Part shown: positions 33,779-46,105 of the stretch, piece by piece
How the letters are laid out: each line of letters opens with the position of its first letter
Numbering within the stretch: position 1 is the first letter of the stretch
Assembly: GCA_032718475.1 (NCBI GenBank)
Contig: JAUCBJ010008410.1
Location: 1,112 to 65,111, forward strand
DNA from: Nemertoderma westbladi
Taxonomy: Eukaryota; Animalia; Xenacoelomorpha
Direction: 5' to 3'
DNA length: 64,000 nucleotides
Position numbers and translations under genes: made by a program
The notes under the pieces: model-generated
The model's input: only the letters and a program-made list of their open reading frames with translations
Database searches by the model: none
What the model was told of the DNA's origin: nothing

Positions 33779-36700
33779 TTACTCTAATGAAATAAGACCA
33801 ATTTTTGAGCAATGATACTCAAATATCGCTTTCGTGAGTCCCTTTGTAAACATATCAGCAGTCATTTCCTTCGAGCTGCAGTATTTAACAGTAACAATAT
33901 TGCGAGCAATTAGTTCTCGAATGAAATGAAACCTGACATCGATATGTTTAGTACGATTGTGGAAGACAGGGTTCTTCACTAGTGCAATAGCACTCTGGTT
34001 ATCCTCAAACATCATTACTGGTTCAACCTTTGACAATAATACGTTTGCTATCAAGATGCGCAACCACTTTGCCTCTTGGGCAGCTGAACTTAATGCAACA
34101 TATTCTGCTTCTGTTGAAGATATTGCCACAATGTCCTGTCTCTTGCTTCTCCAGCTAACAGCACAATCTCCTACAAAGAATATATATCCAGATGTAGATT
34201 TACGAGTTTCAGAACATCCTGCATGATTAGCATCTGAGTATCCACTTGCAGAAATCACTGAAGTTTCTTTAGCATTATATTTTAAACCTACATTCAATGT
34301 ACCACGGATATAACGAAATACACGTTTTACCCCCTTCCAATGTGCCTCTGATGGATCTGACATGTATTTACTTAAAATACCAATAGATGTAGCTAAATCT
34401 GGTCGAGTTCCAGTCATTGCATATGTGAGACTACCAATCGCTGTTTGATAAAGAGTTTTGTCAGCTGGTTTCTCATCATCAGTTCTCTTCTCGAATTTCA
34501 CATTTGGATCAATTGGGGTAGCAACTGGTTTGCAGTTTAGCATACCAAATCTCTCAAGTACATTTTCTAAGTACTTTGATTGATTTATAGTCATTGTCCG
34601 ATTCTTACGATCCCTAGTAATCACCATTCCAAGAATATATTCTAATTCTCCTTTATCAACCATTTCAAATCGACTAGATAATGTACATTTCTCTTGCATT
34701 AATATTTCATCATCACTTGATGCTATGAGAATATCATCTACATAGAGAACAATGATTACTACAATATCATTGACATACTTGATATACATGCACGGATCAG
34801 CTTCATTTTGTTTGAATCCATTCGAAGTTAGATGCTTATCAATTAATTTATTCCAGCATCTAGAAGATTGTTTTAAACCATAAATGGCCTTCTTTAGTTT
34901 GCAGACGAAATCAGGACGTTTGTCATCAACATAGCCCTCCGGTTGCTTCATATAGATTTCATTCTCAAGTTCCCCATTTAGAAAGGCTGTTTTAACATCC
35001 ATTTGATGTATTGACCAATTCAGTTGATTTGCAATAGCTAATACTGTACGAATAGCACTGTATTTAGCAACAGGTGCAAACACTTCATCATAGTCTATCC
35101 CATATTCTTGAGTAAAACCACGTGCCACTAGACGGGCTTTATAACGTTCAATGGAACCATCAGGTTGATATTTATATTTGAGAATCCATTTGCAATCAAC
35201 AATATTTGCATCTGCGGGTGCTTTTACCAAAGTCCATGTCTGATTCTTTATTAGAGATTCATATTCAGTATCCATTGCCTCTCGCCAATAATCACCATCA
35301 TTTCGTGACCATGCTTCTTTGAGTGTTTGAGGTTCAATACTCTCCTCCTCTACAATCATGGCCTTCGGCCATTCAATTGTACCCAATCGGTCTGGTGGCT
35401 TACGTTGACGTGTTGGATAATGACGAACACTTTTTGATGTTGATGATGAAGTCATTTCACCTTCATTGATTGTTTCCACTACAGGTTCATCATCTAAATC
35501 AAACCCATGAAATACTTCACCATCAGATGAAGACACACTATCTCCTATAGTCTCAATCTCCATAGCCTCTTGATTATTTACAATGTTTGATGTATGATCA
35601 ACTATACTCGTCCTAGTCTGTTGAGCCTCTTGATTATTTACAATGTTCGATGTATGATCAACTATACTCTTCCTAGTCTGTTGAGCCTCTTTTACAACTA
35701 GCTCCCCTTGATCAACATCGGAACTTTCCTTCATATATGGAGGTTTTAATATTGGATTTGTGACACGATTTGACATCTTTGGAAAACTATTTTCAAAGAA
35801 CTGTACATCACGACTCTCATAAATCCGCTTACTCTCTGGCTCATATAATCTATAACCCTTAGACTTTCCACTATATCCAATAAAGATGCACTTACGAGCC
35901 TTTGCATCGAGTTTCTTTCGTTTCTCTCGTGGTAGATGCATAAATGAATAACATCCAAAAATTCTCAAAGAACTTACATCTGGTTTATTGCCAAACCAAA
36001 CTTCATAGGGAGTCGACCCTTGAACTGCATTTGTAGGACATCGGTTGCGAATATAAACAGCAGTGCTCACAGCTTCTGCCCAGAACTGTTTTGATAATCC
36101 TGCTGCATATAACATTGACAATGCAAGTTCCATAATTGTGCGATTCATGCGCTCTGCAACTCCATTTTGTTGTGGATTATATGGAACAGTGAATTCATGC
36201 ATAATTCCTTTAGATAAACAATACTCTTTTAATGAGGTTGAGTTATATTCGCCACCATTATCTGAACGTAATATCTTTACAGTTCGACCAATTTGGTTTT
36301 CAACTTTTGCTACAAAATCCTTGAAGCATTGAAATAGTTCACTTTTATGCTTCAATATATAAACTGTTGTATATCGTGATTTATCATCAATGATAGTAGC
36401 AAAATATTTAGAACCACCAATTGATTCAGTGTCCATAGGGCCACATATATCTGAGTGAACAATATCAACTAGATCATCTGCCCTACGAGAAGAATGTGTA
36501 GGAAATGGGACCTTGTGCGATTTCCCTAGTGCACAACCCTCACAATTCGTATTGAAGGTTTCTATATCACAATTAATTCCACTTACCATTTCATTATCCA
36601 ATAATTGCTTTAAGCTATCAATTCCTACATGACCAAATCGTTCATGCCATATTTGACCAGGTAAAGAAGTAGCAACCAATGCAGAATTACCAGTATGTAC

Positions 36701-37114
36701 TTCAAGTTTATACAAGTCACCATCCACTCTACCATTTGCAATTACTTGTTTTCCATAACCAATTTCACATTCTGACCTATAAAAATTTATATAAGCCCCT
36801 TTCTTTGTCAATGCACGAACTGAAAGAAGATTCTTCCCTAGTTTTGGAACATACAAAACTTCAGAAATACAAAGTTTAGCTCCGCAAGTAGATTGAATAT
36901 TAACAATTCCTTTACCTATAGCATTTACATAACGTTTATCACCAAGATAAACATATTTGCAATGGTCAAATTTTTCATAATTTATGAAACAATCTGACAC
37001 AAATGTCATATGTTCGGTAGCTCCTGAATCAATATACCAATTATCACACCCAGTATTCGAATTGCTAATATGCAAAGCAAACGAACAGTTTTCAAGATAA
37101 TCCAGCTCATTCAT
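33779..37114 (-). CDS. pol: Copia Pol (protease-integrase-RT-RNase H)
   Basis: WYIDSGATEHM, HERFGH, VHSDICGP, RSDNGGEY, NGVAER, YKARLVARG, YVDD, SSTEAEY, ADMFTK; 60-bp tandem repeat in the linker. Confidence 0.95.
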   Translation of the reverse strand: MNELDYLENCSFALHISNSNTGCDNWYIDSGATEHMTFVSDCFINYEKFDHCKYVYLGDKRYVNAIGKGIVNIQSTCGAKLCISEVLYVPKLGKNLLSVRALTKKGAYINFYRSECEIGYGKQVIANGRVDGDLYKLEVHTGNSALVATSLPGQIWHERFGHVGIDSLKQLLDNEMVSGINCDIETFNTNCEGCALGKSHKVPFPTHSSRRADDLVDIVHSDICGPMDTESIGGSKYFATIIDDKSRYTTVYILKHKSELFQCFKDFVAKVENQIGRTVKILRSDNGGEYNSTSLKEYCLSKGIMHEFTVPYNPQQNGVAERMNRTIMELALSMLYAAGLSKQFWAEAVSTAVYIRNRCPTNAVQGSTPYEVWFGNKPDVSSLRIFGCYSFMHLPREKRKKLDAKARKCIFIGYSGKSKGYRLYEPESKRIYESRDVQFFENSFPKMSNRVTNPILKPPYMKESSDVDQGELVVKEAQQTRKSIVDHTSNIVNNQEAQQTRTSIVDHTSNIVNNQEAMEIETIGDSVSSSDGEVFHGFDLDDEPVVETINEGEMTSSSTSKSVRHYPTRQRKPPDRLGTIEWPKAMIVEEESIEPQTLKEAWSRNDGDYWREAMDTEYESLIKNQTWTLVKAPADANIVDCKWILKYKYQPDGSIERYKARLVARGFTQEYGIDYDEVFAPVAKYSAIRTVLAIANQLNWSIHQMDVKTAFLNGELENEIYMKQPEGYVDDKRPDFVCKLKKAIYGLKQSSRCWNKLIDKHLTSNGFKQNEADPCMYIKYVNDIVVIIVLYVDDILIASSDDEILMQEKCTLSSRFEMVDKGELEYILGMVITRDRKNRTMTINQSKYLENVLERFGMLNCKPVATPIDPNVKFEKRTDDEKPADKTLYQTAIGSLTYAMTGTRPDLATSIGILSKYMSDPSEAHWKGVKRVFRYIRGTLNVGLKYNAKETSVISASGYSDANHAGCSETRKSTSGYIFFVGDCAVSWRSKRQDIVAISSTEAEYVALSSAAQEAKWLRILIANVLLSKVEPVMMFEDNQSAIALVKNPVFHNRTKHIDVRFHFIRELIARNIVTVKYCSSKEMTADMFTKGLTKAIFEYHCSKIGLISLE

Positions 37115-37980
37115 TCTGATTCTGATTCACTACCTTTAACAAGAAGTCCCTCTGACTTCTTTCGAGTTGGACACGCTGAAGCCCAATGTGAATTATCACT
37201 GCAAAGTTGACAACCTCTTTGAGTACATTTCCGAGCAAAATGTCCCCCAACACCACACTTGAAACATGGAGCCTTGCTCTTCCGGAATCCTGGTGAAGAA
37301 GTGAACTGCTGCGGCTTGCTACTCCCACTGTCTTGTTGTCCCTTCTTTGCATAACCCTTTTGTTTCACTGATAAAAGGGCATTCTCTGTTTCACTATTGT
37401 GTGTGTGCCGTGCACTTTCATTAAACAGTAAACCCTTTATATTGTCCCATGACATTTCATTGACAGCAACATCAATCGCTGACAGCATGGAATTATACGA
37501 TGATGGAAGTGATCCTAAAACAGTAAGTGCGAATGCCTTGTCCGTAATATTCTCTTCTGGATCAAGTTCATTAATCTTTGTGTAAAGATTCCTCATCTCC
37601 GTAACATGTTTCTCAACGTTGCCACCATTTGGCAACTGTTTATTGAAAAATTCGGTTCGAAGTCTAACAATCTTTAGCCATGATTTTCGATCAAACTGTT
37701 CCTCTAATGCATCCCAAGTTTCCTTTGCAGTCGTTGCATCCTTTATATAGCAACGCAATTCCGGATCAATAGCTAGTGCAATAGTTGTGCGTGCGCGAGT
37801 TTTCCTTCGCATAAACGCAGCTCTACCAGCTCCTTCCGGTGGAGTAGGATCTCCAATGACAAACTCCCACAAATCGTGATGTTCCAATGTAAGCTGCATT
37901 GTGTAACGCCATTCACGATAGTTTTCGGACCGCAGTTTCTCGATTTTCTCTATCTTTAAACCGCCAATATCATCCGCCAT
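37111..37980 (-). CDS. gag: Copia Gag
   Basis: NYREW..M..L...DLW N-terminus, LGSLPSSY, zinc knuckles CFKCGVGGHFARKC and CQLCSDNSHWASAC. Confidence 0.93.
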   Translation of the reverse strand: MADDIGGLKIEKIEKLRSENYREWRYTMQLTLEHHDLWEFVIGDPTPPEGAGRAAFMRRKTRARTTIALAIDPELRCYIKDATTAKETWDALEEQFDRKSWLKIVRLRTEFFNKQLPNGGNVEKHVTEMRNLYTKINELDPEENITDKAFALTVLGSLPSSYNSMLSAIDVAVNEMSWDNIKGLLFNESARHTHNSETENALLSVKQKGYAKKGQQDSGSSKPQQFTSSPGFRKSKAPCFKCGVGGHFARKCTQRGCQLCSDNSHWASACPTRKKSEGLLVKGSESESE

Positions 37981-40900
37981 TTCAGTAAACTATCTGTGTG
38001 CAATTAATTATAACAGCAACAAAGGAGTAAACAATATCGATTTGTTAAATTTCAGTCACTGATCCTTTCCCACTACTGCTACCGCTTGCCGGTACCGGTA
38101 ACCACGATAATTAGCGATTTTTGTATTTGCAAAGTTTCCTTGCATACCAGTACTCATTACAATTCATTACAATTAACAGTACCATAGCATCTGACTGCCT
38201 GTTACCTGGGCCCATAACCTGTTAGAAGTTGAAGTGTATATATTGAATATCATTATAATATAATAGGCCTACTAGCCAAACATGACTGCAGATATATAAA
38301 CCTAGCGCAGTACAGCAGTACTTCTGACAGTCATTGTAGATGCTTAGTACCGGTTGCCGGTAGCACAATGATAAACTATAATGTAATACAACTAGAGTAT
38401 TTAAATTTCCCGCCACACCCTTAAGATACTGATCATCGCATAATATATTGTCATACAGTTTAAAGGTAAGTTACAGTTTCTAACATTTGGTAATGCGTTT
38501 CAAGTTTGGTGGCCTTTAGGTAGTCTGCACTTTGCTTCACCCCTCGTTCTGCTCCATCATTGATATTTGTGATAGCAACTATGTTGGATTAAGATGTCTT
38601 AAATGCTGCTGATAATTGCCACTTATCAACATCTTCTCTTAAAAATGAGGAATCTAACTCTAATAGAGAAAATATATACAAAGAATCCTCCATTACTAAG
38701 TCGTACAGTCGGGTTGATAATGATATATTAGCTGAAAACTTTGACTTACCAAAGCCAGTACCAAAACGGTTCCTTGGGGATATAACAATGGTTGATGGTT
38801 TGACTCCTATCAGTTGATCGGCCAATAAACGTTTTTCCTTATCTGGAACATGGCTGCCAAATAGAGCTAAGGTTACCTACCGTCTTAGCCGTTAAATACC
38901 AAAGATGTGGATGAAATTCTACTCTGGCACTATTTGAAACACAACTGTTTACCTCATAATACTGCAGTAGAAGATGGAACAGCTCCAAATCATTCCAAGG
39001 TGCATTAGCAACGAACAACATATCCACCAGCATGAGTATATATGTGAAGCAAATGTAACAAATTGACATATCTTCTCAATGTGGGAGGTTGAAGTTATTG
39101 TTCCCAATGGTAAATCCTTGATAGATTCCTGGAATAGAACAATTTTAATTGAATAGATTAATATAGACATCCACCTGGCTTTGTGTAAGGCACCAGGTCG
39201 GTTGAATTTAAAAGCTGCTTGATCACCAGAAGGTAAACCATTGACAAAGAGTAAACATAGCTCAGCAAAATTCTTGTAGTCATCTCTTGGCATATCTTTA
39301 TACTGACCTACTGACTTCAGTAATTTGGATCTATCATTCAATAATGATTGAGCTTCTACACTATATTGAGATATATCCATTATAGACAGCTTCCCTTTAT
39401 GGTCATTGTATGGCAGAAGTTCATATTTAGTGCGAAATCTAGCAAACAATTGAACTTCTTGAGTCTTTGAAGCTTCAATATGTAAATTTTCAAAGACATG
39501 ATTTAGTATTAATTCCCTAATATGGTGGCAACATCCTGACCACAATAAGGCTCTACCAAGCCGTTGTTGAATTGATACACAAGCAGCAGTTATATATGTC
39601 CTGTATTAGTTGCTGTGGTATCGAATGTCATGTTGACAATATTGTCAGAAAAGTTCCCGGACTCTAAAAGATCAACTGTTAGATTAGCTATAATAGAACC
39701 TGAGGATTGATCTGTGCCTGGTTGGTAAGAAGACATTCTTCCAACACATGGATTGTCAAGTTTGGGCAATAGTTTTGAATTCCAGTGTAGTGTTGCTAAA
39801 TGTGGGGATAACCAATTTCTTTTCATTGCATCTGCAATTTCTTTACATATACTACGACGTGCACAGTCAAAGGATGCATATGAGGTGGAAACTTTGGATA
39901 CACCTCCACCAGCTTCTTTGATTAGTGCTTTAGAATAGGCAGATTGTTGGGTTGGAGTCAGGTTGCAGCATCTTTGACATCTTTAATATTAACATTACAT
40001 GGCCACAGTTGAAATGTTGTTTTCAATCGATCATCCATTGCTTTTAATTTTGCTTTAGTTGCATCAGTAGTTCTTAAGTTTAATGGTATACTTCTTAGCT
40101 TAGCATTATCATCTAAAAGCTTCACCATTTTTTCATGACCTTTCCTCTCAGTTATCATAGGTATATTTCATTTATTATAAAATGTGACAAGTTGATCATT
40201 AACAATTTTCGTTGCTTCCCATTTTGTACGTTGAATAGATGTATGGTAAATAAGGCAAAATAGTTTACAATTTGGAAGTCGAGATCCACAAATATCAGCA
40301 TCATGGGAAGTTACTCCTCTTGGTAATCCAAACAGCATACTACTTTGACGAGTTTTTTGACTAGTCATATTATTTATCAATAATTATCTCTTTTGTAGAC
40401 AATTAACAATACTAAGTATGTACTGGTACAGTGGTAAATAAACATATAACGATATAGGCCTAACAGAAGAACATTGCAATGGAAAGGGCAATGCATCACT
40501 TTCAACAAGATTTGTAGTTTTGGAACGGTTTTGTGGCCCATCCAGCCTAAAATAATAACAAAAGCAACAATATTATAATAATAATTGCACTATTGCACTA
40601 TCTATAACACACACAGTACAACTGAATTGTTAATATAGTAATTCAGATATAGTGAATGTATGAATGCAGAATATGGAAATGGGGTCTTTTTGAAATAGCC
40701 TTGTACTGTTTGAAAATCTAGCTGAAATTGGCAAAATTTTTAAATACAGCAGCCCACTGTCGTCAGAGGGACATGTAATGGATATCCACATGATCCTTAA
40801 TATATAATTATAAGTATATCATGCAGCATATCATTTAAAATTCATTCAAAACCATTCAAATCATATAAAAATGTAAGGGGCGTTTGATGCACCCTAATAC

Positions 40901-41039
40901 AGAATCAAGCAATTCTGCACTATGTTTCCATATTCATTAGGTAGGCAATAAGACATAAATAGACATAGACAAAACGCGCATTCAGATATATCAAGAAAGC
41001 AGTACAGTACAGAGTTCCGGTATAACTAAAAGAGATTTT

Positions 41040-41696
41040 CATCATAACATTGACGTAGTGAGTGTAGGGATTGGTCTGTTAAACCCAAAGTCAACAATTT
41101 ATGATGATGTATCCATACAATTTTATTGTAATCTCCAAACCGTTCAACTATTGTTTTTAATGCCATTCCATAATTGGCATCTAAAGCGGTATAACCTTCT
41201 TTTATTTGTGCAGCTTCCCCTATAAGTAGAGGCTTTAAGTTGTTAAATTTTTGAGACTTTGTAAGGTCAGCCCTGGATCCAACCTCAGCATGAAATTGGT
41301 CAATAAAACATGGCCATTTTGTAAGTGAGCTATCGTATTTTGTTAATTCAATTTTTGGTAATTTCGATGTAGTTACAGTAGATGAACTAGACCTTGATGA
41401 CTGGTTTCTATCAGTGTTTGCTCTGTCTATAAGTGTTCTAAACTTATTAATCTGCCCTTTAACTACATCTGAACGAATGCCATCATCTCCTTCCCGCTCA
41501 GCTATTGCCTCAGATGCAACTTCATATTGGTCATCATCACTAAAAATTCCTTGAAATTTAAAATTAAAATTAAAATTTCTTGAAATGTATTATCCATTCT
41601 TTCATGAAAAATACATAATGTCTCATATGTACCTTCATTGTCATTTTTCACATTAAATAATTTCTCTACATTTTGATATATTTTTGTGTAAGCCAT
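41040..41696 (-). pseudogene. BEL/Pao gag (DUF1759-like) remnant
   Basis: Minus strand near 41200-41370 reads SKLPKIELTKYDSSLTKWPCFIDQFHAEV...QKFNNLKPLLIGEAA. Boundaries approximate. Confidence 0.65.
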
Positions 41697-43126
41697 GCAT
41701 TTATTTTTTCTTTCTAACTTTACTTTAGCTATTAAGCTGTTTGGATCTATTCAACTTGTTTTAGAGGCATACTATTGCATAGGTTTTGTAGGCCTGTAGG
41801 CTCAGGTGATGTAATTAATAATAAACCTAATTAACCCAATATTTCATTTGGTTAGGCCGATTTACACTGTACATTATTATACCAAGCTGCCAAACAATTA
41901 ATAATCATCATCAACAGTCAAGTCAACCAATCAAACAGTTAAATATAGCAGAAAGGAGATAATCATTAAATATAAGCAATCAAGAAGCGGAAACAGACAG
42001 TAGAAAGGAACATACATTGATTGTAGAATTCGACGAGTAATTATATAGAATAATTTCAGCAGTATGATAATATTTCATCATATACATTAACACAATATTC
42101 ACTGCAGTAGGATAGCAAACTAACCTCGGTCTTTATAAGTTAATTAACATTTCAACGTATATTCAAGTATTCAACATTTCATTATCTGTAGGAAGATGGC
42201 CTAGGACAGTAGCACTATTTCCTGTTTCCAAGGCATCCACAGATACAAAACATGTTAATCAATGCGGTCCGACATCCCCAGTCTGCAATAGGATGTGCAA
42301 TATAATGTAATTAGCTGTATTTACTGCTACACGCTGTACTTAACATTTCGGATTACATAAAAATACTGCAGTACTGAATGCTACTAAATTAGCTTAATCA
42401 AAAATTTGATATTATTGCAATGCACCGGCTACCGTGTAGTACTGAAGATACCAATTGTAAAAATAAGGACTTGGACCTAAGACCTAAGAAGATATAATAA
42501 TAAGTAATAATATGGCGTAATAATAATAATAAAAAATAAAATAAAATAAACGATAGGAGAGTACAAGAGTCAGGATGTAGGTACTTGGTGATGGCCAAAT
42601 TTAGGATTACATTGTTCTGTTAATATAGTTATTGAGTTAATGAGTCTAGATAATCGGATATTATAGACTGACATATTATTCTGAAGGAATTCTTCTTAGT
42701 TAAACTTACATCAATTACAAACCAAGTTGTTTGTTGTTGTAGTTGTTTATCTTTCCTTTAGCCCTGATATGTAATATATTCGCAAATTTTGGATACTATA
42801 ATCAATTTTCAATCGTGAAGTTTATCCTCAGTGGCGAACTCATTTATTTATATTCATCTAGTTAGCAGGGTTGTCAATTTACTTCTTTCGGTCTGATTAA
42901 TTTTCTTCATTTTTTGTTTTAAATAGGGTACAATGAGCAGAAATAGGAAGATCTGCATTATGTTAAATATTAAATTAATCAAACTAAAAATTGAAATTGA
43001 CCAGAATTTTATTTTATTGATTTTAAGTTATTACTCCTATATCCAAATAAAAATGTATTGAAATTTTCTGATTTTCTGAATTCAATTTTATAGATTACTA
43101 AAATAAGTTATTTTGATATGTATTAG

Positions 43127-43283
43127 GGATGCTACTGCATGGTCTGATTGTTCAACCAGCACTTTAGATTTCTACAATGAGTACTATGGTTGCCTTGACA
43201 ATGATTTTGGCTTTGGGTTAACTGGTCCAACTTGTGGTAACAGGGTTGTGGATGCTGGAGAACAGTGTGACTGTGGTAGTGTG
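43127..43283 (+). CDS. Host ADAM exon: end of catalytic domain and start of disintegrin (phase 2-0)
   Basis: Acceptor TATTAG; EDATAWSDCS...GCLDN...CGNRVVDAGEQCDCGSV; donor GTAAGT. Phase matches the preceding exon. Confidence 0.9.
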
Positions 43284-43451
43284 GTAAGTACAAGTTAATA
43301 CACTACATACTGTACTTATTGTATAAGGAGAACTTCAGATTGTCCGATGTCGTTTTCCCTACCTGAAGGTCAATCTAAGGAACTAGTTTCATACCACCCT
43401 GCCTTAAGAGGAATCTGGCAGAAAAAAAAAGAAAGAAAAGAGTTGGATAGT

Positions 43452-43760
43452 GACAGTATCGATTTCTGGAGTTAGTGTGGTGCCCTGCGACAGTATCGAT
43501 TTCGGGAGTTAGTGTGGTGCCCTCCCTGCATTAAAGATAGTGACAGTATCGATTTCGGGAGTTAGTGTGGTGCCCTCCCTGCGTAAGTTGGATAGCGACA
43601 GTATCGATTTCGGGAGTTAGTGTGGTGCCCTGCGACAGTATCGATTTCGGGAGTTAGTGTGGTGCCCTCCCTGCATTAAAGATAGTGACAGTATCGATTT
43701 CGGGAGTTAGTGTGGTGCCCTGCGACAGTATCGATTTCGGGAGTTCGTGTGGTGCCATCC
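43452..43760. repeat. Minisatellite, 7 copies of GACAGTATCGATTTCGGGAGTTAGTGTGGTGCCCT with short recurring linkers
   Basis: Seen directly; linkers (GC, CCCTGCATTAAAGATAGT) recur. Confidence 0.9.
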
Positions 43761-44385
43761 CTCCCTCCCTGCATTAAAGATATGGGGAAGAATTATTATC
43801 ATCTAGATAATGATATATTGACATATACACTGTATAATGATACAGTGCAGTGGCTTCTTGCCATCCACTGCAATCATATAATAAGATAATCATATGACAA
43901 GATTGGTCTATAATTTAAGTTGCACGATTTTCTTTAATGACAACCGGAGGAGGGCAAGAGGCTGCTGGCCAGCCAATCAGAACATGATACGTGTCTGCTA
44001 AAGGATAATCGGTCTTGATTATAAACGAAGATGAATTGGAGTTGAATTAACATGGTTGATAAACTGTGGTGTGTTGCGATGCTGAGGCGACTAACGAAGC
44101 ATCCTTTCGATTAATATATTTTGTTCATGGAAGTTGTTAGCAGTTCGATAACCTGCAGTCCGGAAGGATTGTTATAATTTCTAAATATGTTTAATGAATC
44201 AATGATATATCGATTTGTTATTGTAATAATATTATTGTATTATAATAGTCAATCAACTAAACTACATCTAATTCCAATCATACTCTTTATATTTATTTTT
44301 CTTAGGACTATAATTTACTGGTTAACCATCCCTTTACTGTTATATACATACTATCACAGTATAATATATTTTTTATTATTAAAAG

Positions 44386-44535
44386 GATATTTGCCAAGAG
44401 GAAGATAATCTATGCTGCAACCCACGAACCTGTCAGTTCTACTCCGATGGATATGAAGTTTACAAATACCATGACAACATTGGGGTTGACTTGTGCTCGA
44501 AGTTCACATGCGAGGCCCAGGTTACTGCAATTTAA
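44386..44535 (+). CDS. Host ADAM exon: disintegrin-like continuation (phase 0 start), possibly terminal
   Basis: AAAAG acceptor; DICQEEDNLCCNPRTCQF continues the EQCDCG motif; reads to TAA at 44533-44535 or may splice at CAG|GTTACT (44520). Confidence 0.7.
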   Translation, partial: DICQEEDNLCCNPRTCQFYSDGYEVYKYHDNIGVDLCSKFTCEAQVTAI

Positions 44536-45664
44536 ATTTAGTTTTTATATGAATTTGAGTGCTTTATGCAAACTGTTTATGTTTTATATTATATTGTAAA
44601 CCAAATTTGTTTGCAATTTGAAAAAAATTTGAGGGAAGGGATTCGTTGTTGTATTAAGGTGTATCATTTATAAATTCAGCCTCTATGTCTAATATCAATA
44701 TTAAAATATTAAAAATTATATAAATATAATATAATAAAAATAATATTAAAAATACCTTGCTGAGGAGCAGAGATACAACATGGGTTTTTTTTAAGACCTT
44801 TTGGTCAATAAGATTTAAATAGTACAAACTTTACCCTGGTTTAATTTGTTATTATTAACCTCTAGTTAAAATAAACGAAGTGTTATTATTATATATTATA
44901 TCTTATTATTCTTATTATTATTCTTATATTATATCTTACTGTATGTTAAATTGACCATTAAACCCCTTTTTTAGCCTCTTTAAAAACTTTAATTAATTAA
45001 GTATACTAATTGATAGACTATTAAACTTTATAAAGTAACATATTTAGGCGCATACGTAAGCCTCTTAAGGGGGGGGGGGGGGGGGGGGGGCACCATTTTC
45101 GGACAACTTGCGCTTTTTTCACTCCCAGCTTGTCAAAAGTGGTTGGTTTGGCCTATAAATTTGATCATAAGTGCCTAAGATGTTGTTCTACACGTGTGAC
45201 TGAAAATTTTAAATTTTCACTTATTTAATATTAGTTAATATAAAAAAAGGTGGTTGCGCTTAAATCCCTAAGGCTTTTACAGTTTTAAATTTAATTACAT
45301 GAAAGTTTTTTTAAATGATAGAGCAAAGGTGGGGCAACATAACTATCAGGTGAATTTAAATGAAAATTAGTCTACGCCGCTAGGGAAAGTTGCAAAGATG
45401 TGCAATTTTTCAGATAATTTTTAATTAATATTAAATTTTATTAACTAAATATTTTAAAAATTTGTCTGATACTTTTATGCACAGTCACATTCTAGACATT
45501 CAGTGAAATTTTCAGATAATTCGGAGAAAAATTGTAAAGTAGTAGGGTTTTAAAGTTACTGAAGTCGGGGAAAAAATATTCTGAGATAATTGAGGTTAAA
45601 CATTTTGCAAACAATTTTATTAAAATTATTGTTTACAAAATATGCTATGATTGCTATATTTGCT

Positions 45665-46105
45665 TAAAAAACGCCACATGGGGGTTTTCGGGCATTCTGA
45701 ATACAATGGAAATGAAGAGTAGGTCGCGCAACGTATTTTGGTCCCCGCTAGGGGGCGCAGCATAATTCTAGAAAAAGCGCAAAAATCACGAAATTTAAAA
45801 ATATTGCAAAAACTGCTGCATTCGCTTTAAAAATGCCACGTGGGGGTTTTTTAGTGTCATAAATACAATGGAAATGGATAAAAGGTTGCCCAACGCAATT
45901 TAGTGCCCGCTAGGGGGCGTAATAAAATGCTACAATATTCACAAAATATATTTTATATTATATATTTTATTTTATATTTACATTATATTTTTAAAATGTT
46001 CATATTGGCTTTAAAATCTGCACGTGGTGGTTTTCAAGAGTTCTGAAACCAATGGAAATAAGTAGAGGGTCGCACATTGAAATCTATCGCCCGCTAGGGG
46101 GTGCT
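45665..46105 (+). repeat. Three ~165-185-bp subterminal repeats, each ending in a CTCF-like motif
   Basis: CCGCTAGGGGGCGC (45745-45758), CCGCTAGGGGGCG (45907-45919), CCGCTAGGGGGTGC (46091-46104). Confidence 0.75.

Larger units (their letters stand above)
33473..38485 (-). mobile_element. Full-length, young Ty1/Copia LTR retrotransposon
   Basis: 266-bp LTRs (33473-33738, 38220-38485; TG...CA; one visible difference); TSD TTTGG; PBS GGTTATGGGCCCAG (Copia half-tRNAiMet type); PPT AAGTGGGAG. Confidence 0.97.
32732..40896 (-). mobile_element. hAT (hATm-like) DNA transposon, degraded, containing a Copia insertion
   Basis: 20-bp TIR TAGGGTGCATCAAAYGCCCC at both ends; transposase fragments LHWNSKLL, FDTTATNTG, CCHHIRELIL, PGALHKARWM (38500-40380). 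TSD imperfect (ATACACAG / ATACAGAA). Confidence 0.82.

Noticed and set aside
43452-43760. CRISPR-like array of 35-bp repeats
   Set aside because: Spacers are 2-20 bp and recur, no cas genes, eukaryotic intron context: a minisatellite.
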